A stretch of DNA of 45,311 nucleotides from Acidimicrobiia bacterium (GTDB lineage: Bacteria > Actinomycetota > Acidimicrobiia > Acidimicrobiales > Ilumatobacteraceae). Below the pieces are notes generated by a model, which made no database searches, had not been told where the DNA came from, and worked only from the letters and a program-made list of their open reading frames with translations. The stretch lies in contig JAYTVF010000423.1 in assembly GCA_043744155.1 (NCBI GenBank), forward strand, positions 1 to 45,311, in the 5' to 3' direction. Positions within the stretch are counted from its first letter, which is position 1, and every line of letters starts with the position of its first letter. Of the stretch, positions 16,795 through 25,082 are shown in pieces. The position numbers and the translations under genes were made by a program.

Positions 16795-18555
16795 CTAGCT
16801 GAGGCCACCGTGGCGCTCGGGGCGGACCATGTCGCGCAGCCGCCGTCGCTGGAGCGCCAGTTCGGCCTGGCGCAGCAGCACGTCACCTCGGGAGGTGTCG
16901 CCGTCTGCCACTGCACTGCCGACATGGGCGGTCACCGACACTGGGTGGGCCACGCCTTCGAGGCGATAGGGCCGGGCTACTTGGCGCTGTACCCGTTCGG
17001 CAAGGGCCAACACGGTATGAGGGTCGGTCACTTCGGGGATGACCAGGGCGAAGGTGGCCAACCCATAGCGCCCGACCACATCGTGATCCCGCATCAGTGT
17101 CTGCAAACGCCGAGCGACGCAACGCAACAACTCATCGCCACCGGCCAATCCGTACAGGTCGGTGATGGCCTCGAATCCGGCGATGCCGACCATGACCACG
17201 CCACTCGAGGGTGTCGGCACAGAAGTGGCGAGCTGGCGATCGAGATGCACCGTGAGGGCAAAGCGGCTGCTTTGCAAGGTGACAGGGTCGGTCATGGCCA
17301 ACGCCTTCAGGTTGGCGCCTTCGGCTACCACCTCGTCGTAGGCGGCGGCTACGTCGTTGCCTCGCAGCACCATCCCGGCATGCTTGGACAACGAATCCAG
17401 CAATCGCACATCGTCGTCATCGAGGGGGATGACCGATGGCGCCTTGGCCACCTCCAGGACACCCATCGGGTGCGACGCGTCGCCCAGCCTGGTCACGATG
17501 AGTGACGCCGCGCCGAACTCTTCCAAAACCTCGCACAACAGTCGGTGGTGAGCGTGGATGAGCGCGCCGCCTTTGCCCGCGGCGGCGGCACCGAGCAATG
17601 CGGCGCTGCGCTCGGGATGCACGGTGCTCCAGGTGGCGCCCGTTTCGGGCCGCACGGTGACCGCTCGCGGCCACGAGCCCTCGGCCGACCCAAAGAGGAC
17701 GACCTGTGCGACCTGAACATCGAGAGCCACTACGCAGCGGCGCGCAAGTTCCTCCACTCGGAAGGGCAAGCTCTGCTGACCGCTCATCGATTCGACAATG
17801 GAATGCAGCAGTTCGAGGCGATCGAGCTGTGACCGCAGGCGACGAAAGGCTCTGTGTCCAAAGAGCACGGCACCGCCGATGGGTAGCGCCAGCCACAAGC
17901 GCCCAGCGCTCGGCTCAGTACCGGAAACGGCCAGTAGGCCCAGGCTGGTGCAGACGAACGACACGCCAAGCGAAGTCACCAGTGACCGCCGTACCGTGAG
18001 GGCGAGGGCGGTGCCATCGGCCAGATGTATCGCGCCGGCTATCAGCCAAAGCGTCAACTGCCCCAAGCCGAGGGTCAGCGCCGTCATCAACAGCCACCCT
18101 CGTACGCTGCTGAGTTGCACCGCGGGCAAAGCACGGGCCAAGAGTGACGCGGCGCCGGCCCAACACAGGTACTGGAACAGGTTGAATACCACTTTGATCG
18201 GGGCCAACCGTTGCACGACGGCCATGACGAGTAGTGGTCCGACCAAGACGCCCAAAAGAAGTTCCGAAGGCGCCACCGTCAGCAGCCCAATGACCAATAC
18301 CGCCTCATGGAACGTGACCGAGAAACCGCTTCGGCCGAGAGGGACATGCACGACTGCGATTTCACTGCAGGCAAATCCCAATGTCATCAACACCCACCCC
18401 ATGCCACGTGGGCGTGCGCCGGCCGAGGCGGCAAGGGCACCGATCACCACGCCCGCCACTGCTACCAGCACGATGTAGGCGTGCAGATGGTTCATGCGAG
18501 CCGAGTATGCCGGTCGTGGCTCGCGTGACGGCGGGGCCGCTGCGGTCATTGCCAT
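16795..18555 (-). CDS. Membrane sensor with multi-TM N-terminus, GAF-like middle region and a degenerate GGDEF domain (GLATF) that retains an RxxD I-site
   Basis: Real start is ATG 18555 or 18549 inside ORF 16795..19023 (MAMTAAAPP...); the S8 stop TGA overlaps the ATG at 18549. About six hydrophobic helices. The GGDEF fold is recognisable (GIAGFEAITDLYGLAGGDELL...), but the signature reads RDHDVVGRYGLATFALVI. Confidence 0.8.
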   Translation of the reverse strand: MAMTAAAPPSREPRPAYSARMNHLHAYIVLVAVAGVVIGALAASAGARPRGMGWVLMTLGFACSEIAVVHVPLGRSGFSVTFHEAVLVIGLLTVAPSELLLGVLVGPLLVMAVVQRLAPIKVVFNLFQYLCWAGAASLLARALPAVQLSSVRGWLLMTALTLGLGQLTLWLIAGAIHLADGTALALTVRRSLVTSLGVSFVCTSLGLLAVSGTEPSAGRLWLALPIGGAVLFGHRAFRRLRSQLDRLELLHSIVESMSGQQSLPFRVEELARRCVVALDVQVAQVVLFGSAEGSWPRAVTVRPETGATWSTVHPERSAALLGAAAAGKGGALIHAHHRLLCEVLEEFGAASLIVTRLGDASHPMGVLEVAKAPSVIPLDDDDVRLLDSLSKHAGMVLRGNDVAAAYDEVVAEGANLKALAMTDPVTLQSSRFALTVHLDRQLATSVPTPSSGVVMVGIAGFEAITDLYGLAGGDELLRCVARRLQTLMRDHDVVGRYGLATFALVIPEVTDPHTVLALAERVQRQVARPYRLEGVAHPVSVTAHVGSAVADGDTSRGDVLLRQAELALQRRRLRDMVRPERHGGLS

Positions 18556-19727
18556 GCGGATCCTGACCAGCGGTTCCCCGACCACCGATTTCCTGACCAC
18601 CGATTGCCCGACCAGATGGAGCCGTTCCAACTGGCACCGGTAATCAGGCCGGGCAGCAGCGGGGTGGAGAGCGTCATCGGCGGGAGCCCGGCATTGATCA
18701 GCGCCGCCCAGAAAGCCAGCGGTACGGACTGAGTGAGCGTGCGAGATGACTGCAACCCGGCCGCACCAGGACAGCCCGCCGAAAACCCTGACATCCAGGT
18801 GGTGGCGGCCTTCAGGATGGCCTTCATTTGATCGGGGTTGAGGAACGAGCGGTGAGAAGCCAGGACGGCCAAGGTCCCCGACACCACGGCCGCCGCCTGG
18901 CTGGTGCCCGAGCCGCGAAAACCGTCTTGGCCCACCCGGGCGGCAGGAAAGGTGACGTCGAGGTAGGAGCCTGGAACCCTGGCACCGATGATACCGACCC
19001 CGGGAGCCAGTACGTCTGGACAACGTCCGAACGGTGCGCTGGTCGCGGCGGCCGCTATCACACCGGTGGTCGTCACCTCGGAGGCCCCGACGGCCACGAT
19101 CTTTGGATCGTCGGCGGGGGATTGCACGCCACTGGTACCGATGTCATTTCCGGCTGAGACCACCACCACGATGCCCGCGGCCCAAGCGCCCCGCATGGCA
19201 CGGGAGAGCTGTCCACCATCGGTGCCCGGTGCCACATTGAAGGAGAGGTTGAGGACACGGACGTTCCGGCCGCCAACATGCGCGTTGGCCGTGACCCAGT
19301 CGATCCCGCCCACCAGTCGGTCCAACGAGGTAGACCCGTCGGCCGCCGCGGCTTTGACCGAAACAATTCGGGCATCGGGAGCGACGCAAGAAATGATAGA
19401 GGCCACGTTGGTGCCGTGACCGAAGGCATCCAAATTGGCCAAAGCCGGGTTGGCGGCATCGGACGACAAGTCAGGGCCGTAGGAGACCCGAGCGGCCGGA
19501 AGTGACGACACCGGCACCACCCCGGTGTCTACCAGAGCCACATCTACTCCCGCGCCGGTCCCCAGAACCGGGGCGGCGATGGCCGTGCGTACTGCGGCAC
19601 AGCTCTCGGCGATGCTGGTCCCCAGCGCCGCGGCAGGCTGACTGTGCGACATTTGCCCGACGCCGACCGCCAGCAACGAGCCCATGAGCAACAGGGCTCC
19701 AGGTATGCCAAGGGCCCGGTGGTTCAT
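18546..19727 (-). CDS. Secreted S8 (subtilisin-family) serine peptidase with a C-terminal W-rich pentapeptide repeat
   Basis: Internal ATG 19727 gives the signal peptide MNHRALGIPGALLLMGSLLAVGVG. Catalytic triad contexts: VALVDTGV (Asp), FGHGTNVAS (His), GTSQAAAVVSG (Ser). C-terminal tail WSGNRWSGNRWSGNRWSGSAWQ. Confidence 0.85.
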   Translation of the reverse strand: MNHRALGIPGALLLMGSLLAVGVGQMSHSQPAAALGTSIAESCAAVRTAIAAPVLGTGAGVDVALVDTGVVPVSSLPAARVSYGPDLSSDAANPALANLDAFGHGTNVASIISCVAPDARIVSVKAAAADGSTSLDRLVGGIDWVTANAHVGGRNVRVLNLSFNVAPGTDGGQLSRAMRGAWAAGIVVVVSAGNDIGTSGVQSPADDPKIVAVGASEVTTTGVIAAAATSAPFGRCPDVLAPGVGIIGARVPGSYLDVTFPAARVGQDGFRGSGTSQAAAVVSGTLAVLASHRSFLNPDQMKAILKAATTWMSGFSAGCPGAAGLQSSRTLTQSVPLAFWAALINAGLPPMTLSTPLLPGLITGASWNGSIWSGNRWSGNRWSGNRWSGSAWQ

Positions 19728-19812
19728 GAACGGACGAACGTGCTGTGTCAAGGAATCCTCAGTCTCACTTCGAGCGTCTCGAGAGACGTGGTGAACAATT
19801 CTGCTCATGCCT

Positions 19813-19826
19813 ATAACGAACGTTAT
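19813..19826. promoter_or_regulatory. Inverted repeat ATAACG-AA-CGTTAT in the divergent TetR / S8 peptidase spacer (candidate TetR operator)
   Basis: Read from the sequence. Lies between the S8 start (19727) and the TetR start (19844), in AT-richer DNA. Confidence 0.4.
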
Positions 19827-19843
19827 TTCAGCTGTAGCATCGG

Positions 19844-20449
19844 ATGCATGAAAGTGAGGGAACCTTGACAACAAGAAGCAGTGACCGAAACACCGTCCGC
19901 GAGCAGGCCCGCCAACTTTCGCTCGACGCCGCCGAACGACTCGCCGGTATCGACGGCATCGGCGGGGTAGGACTCAAGCAACTGGCCGAGGAAGCAGGCC
20001 TGTCCACCATGGGCATCTACTCGCACTTCGGCGACCGTTTCGGGCTCGAAGAGGCATTTCTGGCTTTGGCGGCGTCTTCACTGCAGGCTCGATTGGCCGA
20101 GATGACCGCGCCCACTGCAGCGGCTCTGCTCGACCTGGCTGACGCCTTTCGCCTGTGGGCACACCAACATCCGGCCCGCTTTTCGGTGTTATTCCTCACC
20201 AGCAACCAACTGGACGCCGGGTTGCACGCCACCGCCCGTGACCACCTGCTCGATGTTGCCCGCACGGTAGCCCGGCTGCTCGGCTGGAAGGTCCAACGAG
20301 CCAAGTCAGCCCTATCGTTGTTGGCCGCCCTCTCCGGCTTCGTCGCATTCGAACTGCGCGGTCTGCTCGGCACCACGGCCGCCACCGAGTACCGATCGCT
20401 GGTCATTTCCCTGGCCCAGGCCAATCAGCCAGCCGTCGCCGCACCCTAG
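19844..20449 (+). CDS. TetR/AcrR-family transcriptional regulator
   Basis: ORF track 201 aa. N-terminal HTH GLKQLAEEAGLSTMGIYSHFGDRFGL. Confidence 0.85.
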   Translation: MHESEGTLTTRSSDRNTVREQARQLSLDAAERLAGIDGIGGVGLKQLAEEAGLSTMGIYSHFGDRFGLEEAFLALAASSLQARLAEMTAPTAAALLDLADAFRLWAHQHPARFSVLFLTSNQLDAGLHATARDHLLDVARTVARLLGWKVQRAKSALSLLAALSGFVAFELRGLLGTTAATEYRSLVISLAQANQPAVAAP

Positions 20450-20728
20450 GAAGCGGGTGCGAATCGGGTGACCTCACCAGCATCACCCGTGGAATAGTGG
20501 CGCGGCCGATCCACGTTGACCGCGCGACCGCTGAGAACGACCTGCCCGGTCGTGCTCCCCGGGGTGTCGGGTGTCGCTAACTGAACCGGGTGATGTAACC
20601 GCGACTTCGCGATGCCGGCCAGCTTGCGTTGTCCCGATGCCAGCCACAGCCTGCACGCTGCCAAACCGTTTCGTCAGGCCCAAGGCTTCGAGTGATGGAC
20701 GCACGTCTCTAGTCTGTCGCGCCATCAT
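20450..20728 (-). pseudogene. Frameshifted, truncated ABC-transporter ATP-binding gene remnant
   Basis: ORF 20483..20728 begins SLEALGLTKRFGSVQAV (a typical ABC ATPase N-terminus). The continuation is in another frame (ORF 20446..20664: KLAGIAKS...TGQVVLSGRAV), with a degenerate Walker A and no signature or Walker B region. Confidence 0.4.
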
Positions 20729-20779
20729 TGCCGCGTGTCGATCGAATACCCGTGGGAGCCCGTGGCGGGTGCACCGACT

Positions 20780-22165
20780 TTAATGCTGGATGGCGTGACC
20801 CGCTGCCGCATTGACCGCAGCACGCTTGGTCGACATGGTGTAGGCCGTCCATGCACCGACGGTGGCAATGAGGATGAGCCCGAGGTGGCGACCCCATAGG
20901 GCATCACCGGTCGGGGCGGTGCCGCTGATGAATTGGGCGAGGATTCCGCCGGAGGCGGTGATCAGCCCAATGATGCCAGCGACGACTGACTTTGGGTCCT
21001 TCGACAGCGTCTTGAGGCCGCCGAGGCACAGCAGTACATAGGTGACGCAGATCAGCATGCCGCCTACTACGGCGAGTATGAGGAACATGGTGAAGGCGTC
21101 GGGCATTCCTTCGGTGTCGCCCGTGCCGTACTTGAGCAGCGTGATCACGATGACGGCGAGCATGGCGACGAACACCGCGGCGGCGGCCACGATAGGCACA
21201 TCTCGCCGACTCACCCTGGTAAGCGATGCGGGCAGCAGCCCGTCTCGCGCGACGGTGAAGAACCCCCGTGATGCCGCGGCGGTGATGCCGACGCCAACGG
21301 CGAGGATGTCGAGAATGATGGCCAACTCGATCAGAACGGAAAGCCAGTTTCCGACGAGTTTGCCAGCGATGGGTGAGAAGTCACCGCCACCGACGATCAC
21401 CGTGTATTGCGTGATGATGTAGAAGACGGCGCAGATAGCGATCGTTGCCATCACGGCCCGTGGGATGGAGTGCTTCGGATTTTCCGTCTCCTCTCCGAGT
21501 GACGCCGACCACTCGAATCCGATGAACATCAAGATGGCGAACAGCACGCCCTTGAACACCGAGCCATCGGCGGCGACGTTGCCGGGGTTGAGCGATGAGA
21601 GCGAGTTGCCGCCAGGTCCCCCATCGACGACGACCTTCACGAACAAGATGAGGAAGGGGATGGCCGAGGCGATGATGATGGCCAACTGTGTCTTCACCGA
21701 AACCTGCACGCCGAGCACGTTGAACCCGAACATCAGCGCAGCCATGACCAGTGCCGCGAGCCACCAGGGCGGGTTGAACCCGAGATGTGCTGCGCAGAAT
21801 AGCTTCAAGAAGACGCCTCCGATCACGGGGAGCGCGGCTACCAAGGTGGTGATCGCCAAGTGGTAGAGCATGGCGGCGAACACCCCGGCGGGCTTGCCGA
21901 GCGTGTGGGCGATGGCCTCATAGACGGTGCCCGAGCCGCTATACCGCTTGGCCAGCTCGCTTACGATCCAACCGATACCGAGAATGCCGATGGTTGTGAT
22001 GACGATAACGAACAAGCTGACACCGCCGGAAAGACCCGCCAAGATGGCGCCAAGCGCGCCAGCGGAAAAGATCGGCCCGACAGCCAACGACTGGGCCACG
22101 CAGTCGATCGTGCTGAGCTTCTTGTTACTCAGCCGCTGCGTGACTTTTACCTGTGTTACTTCCAC
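20780..22165 (-). CDS. APC-superfamily amino acid/polyamine permease
   Basis: GTG 22165 preceded by GAGGGGGAG inside ORF 20780..22372. About 12 hydrophobic helices. N-terminal LSTIDCVAQSLAVGPIFSAG is typical of APC permeases. Confidence 0.85.
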   Translation of the reverse strand: MEVTQVKVTQRLSNKKLSTIDCVAQSLAVGPIFSAGALGAILAGLSGGVSLFVIVITTIGILGIGWIVSELAKRYSGSGTVYEAIAHTLGKPAGVFAAMLYHLAITTLVAALPVIGGVFLKLFCAAHLGFNPPWWLAALVMAALMFGFNVLGVQVSVKTQLAIIIASAIPFLILFVKVVVDGGPGGNSLSSLNPGNVAADGSVFKGVLFAILMFIGFEWSASLGEETENPKHSIPRAVMATIAICAVFYIITQYTVIVGGGDFSPIAGKLVGNWLSVLIELAIILDILAVGVGITAAASRGFFTVARDGLLPASLTRVSRRDVPIVAAAAVFVAMLAVIVITLLKYGTGDTEGMPDAFTMFLILAVVGGMLICVTYVLLCLGGLKTLSKDPKSVVAGIIGLITASGGILAQFISGTAPTGDALWGRHLGLILIATVGAWTAYTMSTKRAAVNAAAGHAIQH

Positions 22166-22237
22166 GGTCTCCCCCTCGGACGACGATGATTGATAGGTAC
22201 CATATTCGCTTTGTGTGGCGGGTGTCACAATCGTCGA

Positions 22238-22849
22238 ATGACGCAGGGGCCGGGCAGCTGGGAACCGGGAGGGCGTGGGCGGTGTAGAAGTGAGGGAGTG
22301 CTCGATGACGAACTGGTCCGTGCTGCTGCGAGCGGCGATAGGGCGGCCTTTGGCGCGCTCGTTGATCGGCACCGCACGGCGGCCTTGCGAATTGCCTATG
22401 CCATCGCCGATGGGGAAGCGGAGGATGTCGCCCAGGACGCAACCGCGAAAGCGTTCGGGCAGTTCGACCGCTTTGATACGACCCGGCCGTTTCGACCCTG
22501 GTACCTGGCCATCGTCTCGAACGAGGCTCGCAATCGTCGCCGATCATTCCGTCGCCGATCAGCTCTGGTACTGCGGGTGGCGGCAGAGTCATCCACGGCC
22601 AGTGCGGATGATGCGGACGCTGGCGATGCTGCCGAAGCAATTGCACGTACCGAGCGCCGCCAGTACGTGCTGGATGCCATTGCCCGGCTGAACGCCGCCG
22701 ATCGCCAGGTCATCGCGATGCGCTACTTCGCCGAGCTTTCCGAGTCGGAAATGGCAGCGGCCTTGCAGATCGCGCCCGGAACGGTGAAGTCACGACTCTC
22801 ACGAGCGATGGCCCGCTTACGTGCGGCACTGGCGGGTGGGCTGCAATGA
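22238..22849 (+). CDS. ECF RNA polymerase sigma-70 factor
   Basis: ORF track 22190..22849. DDELVRAAASGDRAAFGALVDRH, DVAQDATAKAF, and region 4 VIAMRYFAELSESEMAAALQIAPGTVKSRLSRAMARLR. Start uncertain: TTG 22190, ATG 22238 or GTG 22298. Confidence 0.85.
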   Translation: MTQGPGSWEPGGRGRCRSEGVLDDELVRAAASGDRAAFGALVDRHRTAALRIAYAIADGEAEDVAQDATAKAFGQFDRFDTTRPFRPWYLAIVSNEARNRRRSFRRRSALVLRVAAESSTASADDADAGDAAEAIARTERRQYVLDAIARLNAADRQVIAMRYFAELSESEMAAALQIAPGTVKSRLSRAMARLRAALAGGLQ

Positions 22850-23787
22850 ACCCATTTGACTCGCTCGAAGCCGAACTGATCGACCTCGGTCAGCACTTGG
22901 CCATCGGCCAGCCCGTGGCCATCGGCCAGCCCGTGGAGGTCGGCCAGCCCGTGGGGGTCGGCCAGCACTTGGCCATCGGCCAGCCCGTGGGGGTCGGCCA
23001 GCAGGCAAACTTCGTGACGAGGGCGCCATGGCGTGCCCGACGCCTTCTGCAACTTGCGGCGGCGGTGCTTGTCATCCTGGCAGCGCTGTTGACATTCGGC
23101 CCGACGAGACGGGCCATCGCCAGATTTTTGGGGATCGGCGCCGTCCAAATCCAGTCGGTGCGCACGACCCTGCCAACCTCACCACCAACCACCCGATCCA
23201 GTGCGGCGCGCCCGTCAATCCCGACCGCCGGGTCAACGACCGCCGGGTCAACGACCGCCGGGCCGAGTGTCGTCGGCTCAACGACCGCCGGCTCAACGAC
23301 CGCACAGGGAACGGGGTCCACGGGTTCGGCAATTGGCACTCTGGCGTCTTCGAGCATTCCGGGCTCGGGCGCGAACAGTTCGCCTCAAACGATCAAGATC
23401 ACACCACCATTTCGGGCGCGCATGGCGCCGGATCGACTCATCCGTCAAGAACTCGACCACAGCGTCGGCGCAGGCATGCTGATTCTTAGCTATGAGAAAT
23501 ACACCTTGTTCGAGGTGGCATCGAAGAACTCGACCGTGTTCTTGATGGGAAAATTGCTGCCGCCGAACACCGTGGTGACCTTTACCAAGGTGCGAGGCGT
23601 AGATGCGGTATGGATCAGCGGCGAGCCGCACCAGGTCGTCATGTTCGATGACGACGGCACCTACCGAAGAGACACGGTCCGTACCGTAGGCAACGTGCTG
23701 GTTTGGTACGAGGACGGCGTTACGTTCCGCATCGAGGGCGTCAACAAACTCTCCGATGCGCAAGCAATCGCCGAGTCGCTGCAATAG
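22846..23787 (+). CDS. Single-pass membrane protein in the anti-sigma position, with a DUF4367-like C-terminal domain and two internal tandem repeats
   Basis: Its ATG overlaps the sigma stop (ATGA). TM helix LLQLAAAVLVILAALLTF. The C-terminus VWYEDGVTFRIEGVNKLSDAQAIAESL resembles DUF4367 ends seen in anti-sigma factors. The cytoplasmic N-terminus is mostly GQPV(A/G)(I/V) repeats. Confidence 0.7.
   Translation: MNPFDSLEAELIDLGQHLAIGQPVAIGQPVEVGQPVGVGQHLAIGQPVGVGQQANFVTRAPWRARRLLQLAAAVLVILAALLTFGPTRRAIARFLGIGAVQIQSVRTTLPTSPPTTRSSAARPSIPTAGSTTAGSTTAGPSVVGSTTAGSTTAQGTGSTGSAIGTLASSSIPGSGANSSPQTIKITPPFRARMAPDRLIRQELDHSVGAGMLILSYEKYTLFEVASKNSTVFLMGKLLPPNTVVTFTKVRGVDAVWISGEPHQVVMFDDDGTYRRDTVRTVGNVLVWYEDGVTFRIEGVNKLSDAQAIAESLQ
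22888..23001 (+). repeat. Imperfect 18-nt (hexapeptide GQPVxI/V) tandem repeat, about 6 units, inside a CDS
   Basis: DNA reads ggccagcccgtggccatc / ggccagcccgtggaggtc / ggccagcccgtgggggtc / ggccagcacttggccatc and so on. Peptide: GQHLAIGQPVAIGQPVEVGQPVGVGQHLAIGQPVGVGQQ. Confidence 0.85.
23224..23325 (+). repeat. 15-nt (pentapeptide GSTTA) tandem repeat tract inside a CDS
   Basis: gggtcaacgaccgcc and ggctcaacgaccgcc units. Peptide: AGSTTAGSTTAGPSVVGSTTAGSTTAQGTGSTGS. Confidence 0.8.
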
Positions 23788-23821
23788 GGAACCAGAACGG
23801 ACGGTGCGGTGTAGAGCAGGT

Positions 23822-25015
23822 ATGCGAATATCCGCCGGAATTGCCTGTGCCTTCGTCACCGTTGTCGTGGTCGGCTGCAGTTCGTCCGGGACGACAACCC
23901 GATCCACCACCACGAGCGCTGCCCCCCAAATCTCTCCGTCTACATCGATCGCGCCGCCCGCTGAGGCAGGCGGCGCGCCCTCGTCGGCACCGTCGGCCAG
24001 TCCTTCTCCATCCATCACCGCCTTGCTGGCGGCGACGGCCGACGCAGCGCTCCCCGACGAGCTTTCACCGGCCCTCGGGACATTTGCGGTCGTGCGGGTC
24101 GGTGAGGAGCTACGCGGCGTCGTTCCGGGCCAGCCACCGTTGTGGATTCTCGCCCGCGCAACGGTGGCATTGGATGGATCGGCCGTCGCCGCCACATCGA
24201 TGACCGCCGATGGGTTGTCAGTTGCCGTGTTCGACACTCGCAGCGGCTCTCGACTGGGTGCCTGGGCGTTCGCGCCCGATGCCGAGCTACGTGTCGTGTC
24301 GCCGGCGGGACGGTGGCTGGCTCTCACTCGCCAGGTCGGTTCCCAGACCGAGGTGATGGTGGTCGACTCGCTGCAGGGCACCAAAACGTCGCTGCAGTTC
24401 GAGGGTCGACTGGAGCCGGAGGCCTTCGCTCTCGACGGTAGGTCGGTCGTGGCGCTGGGCTATTTGGCCGACGGGCGTTATCGCGTCCAGACGATCGACC
24501 TCGCCAGCGGGGAGCGCTGGAGCACCAATGACCGCTGGAAGGCGGCCGAGAAGGAGGACATGTCGGGAATACCGGTTCGGGCGGTGATGAACGGGGACCT
24601 GCTGTCCACGCTGTACCGGGATCCCACAAGCACCGCGCATCCGGCCTTCGTGCACACGTTGAACCTGAGCAGCGGGTGGTCACATTGCGCGGATCTTCCG
24701 GCCCCATTCGGCACCGGGCCGGTCGGCTCCGATGCTGTGGTCAATTCAGTCGACGGCAACAAGCTGTACGTGGCCAGTGGCGGTTCGTTCGCCACCATCG
24801 ACGTGGATGCGGTGCGACAGCCGGCTCGCGATGAACACGATGTTGTCGCCATCAGCATCTCGCCGACGCCGCCGATCGACCGTGTGGCGTTTTCCACCCA
24901 CGGCGCGACATGGACGACGAGCGGGCTCGTTTCGCTGCACGATGGAGCGGTCGTTGCCGGGTTGAAATCGACGATCGTCGGGCCAGATGCGCAGCTGATA
25001 GCGGCTCGGGGATAG
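23822..25015 (+). CDS. Lipoprotein, beta-rich (possibly beta-propeller-like), third gene of the ECF module
   Basis: Internal ATG 23822 gives MRISAGIACAFVTVVVVGCSSSG (lipobox VVGC), followed by an S/T/A/P linker and then repetitive beta-strand-like segments. Confidence 0.7.
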   Translation: MRISAGIACAFVTVVVVGCSSSGTTTRSTTTSAAPQISPSTSIAPPAEAGGAPSSAPSASPSPSITALLAATADAALPDELSPALGTFAVVRVGEELRGVVPGQPPLWILARATVALDGSAVAATSMTADGLSVAVFDTRSGSRLGAWAFAPDAELRVVSPAGRWLALTRQVGSQTEVMVVDSLQGTKTSLQFEGRLEPEAFALDGRSVVALGYLADGRYRVQTIDLASGERWSTNDRWKAAEKEDMSGIPVRAVMNGDLLSTLYRDPTSTAHPAFVHTLNLSSGWSHCADLPAPFGTGPVGSDAVVNSVDGNKLYVASGGSFATIDVDAVRQPARDEHDVVAISISPTPPIDRVAFSTHGATWTTSGLVSLHDGAVVAGLKSTIVGPDAQLIAARG

Positions 25016-25082
25016 CTAGCTCGCCACCGACGGTTACCCTCGTCCGGTCGCACCAGCCGTAACGGGTCGTTCGGCCACTGTG

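Noticed and set aside
18556-19023. N-terminal 156 aa of ORF 16795..19023
   Set aside because: It is an alternate frame of the S8 peptidase 3' region. Protein-like membrane/GGDEF sequence begins only at ATG 18555/18549, which overlaps the S8 stop.
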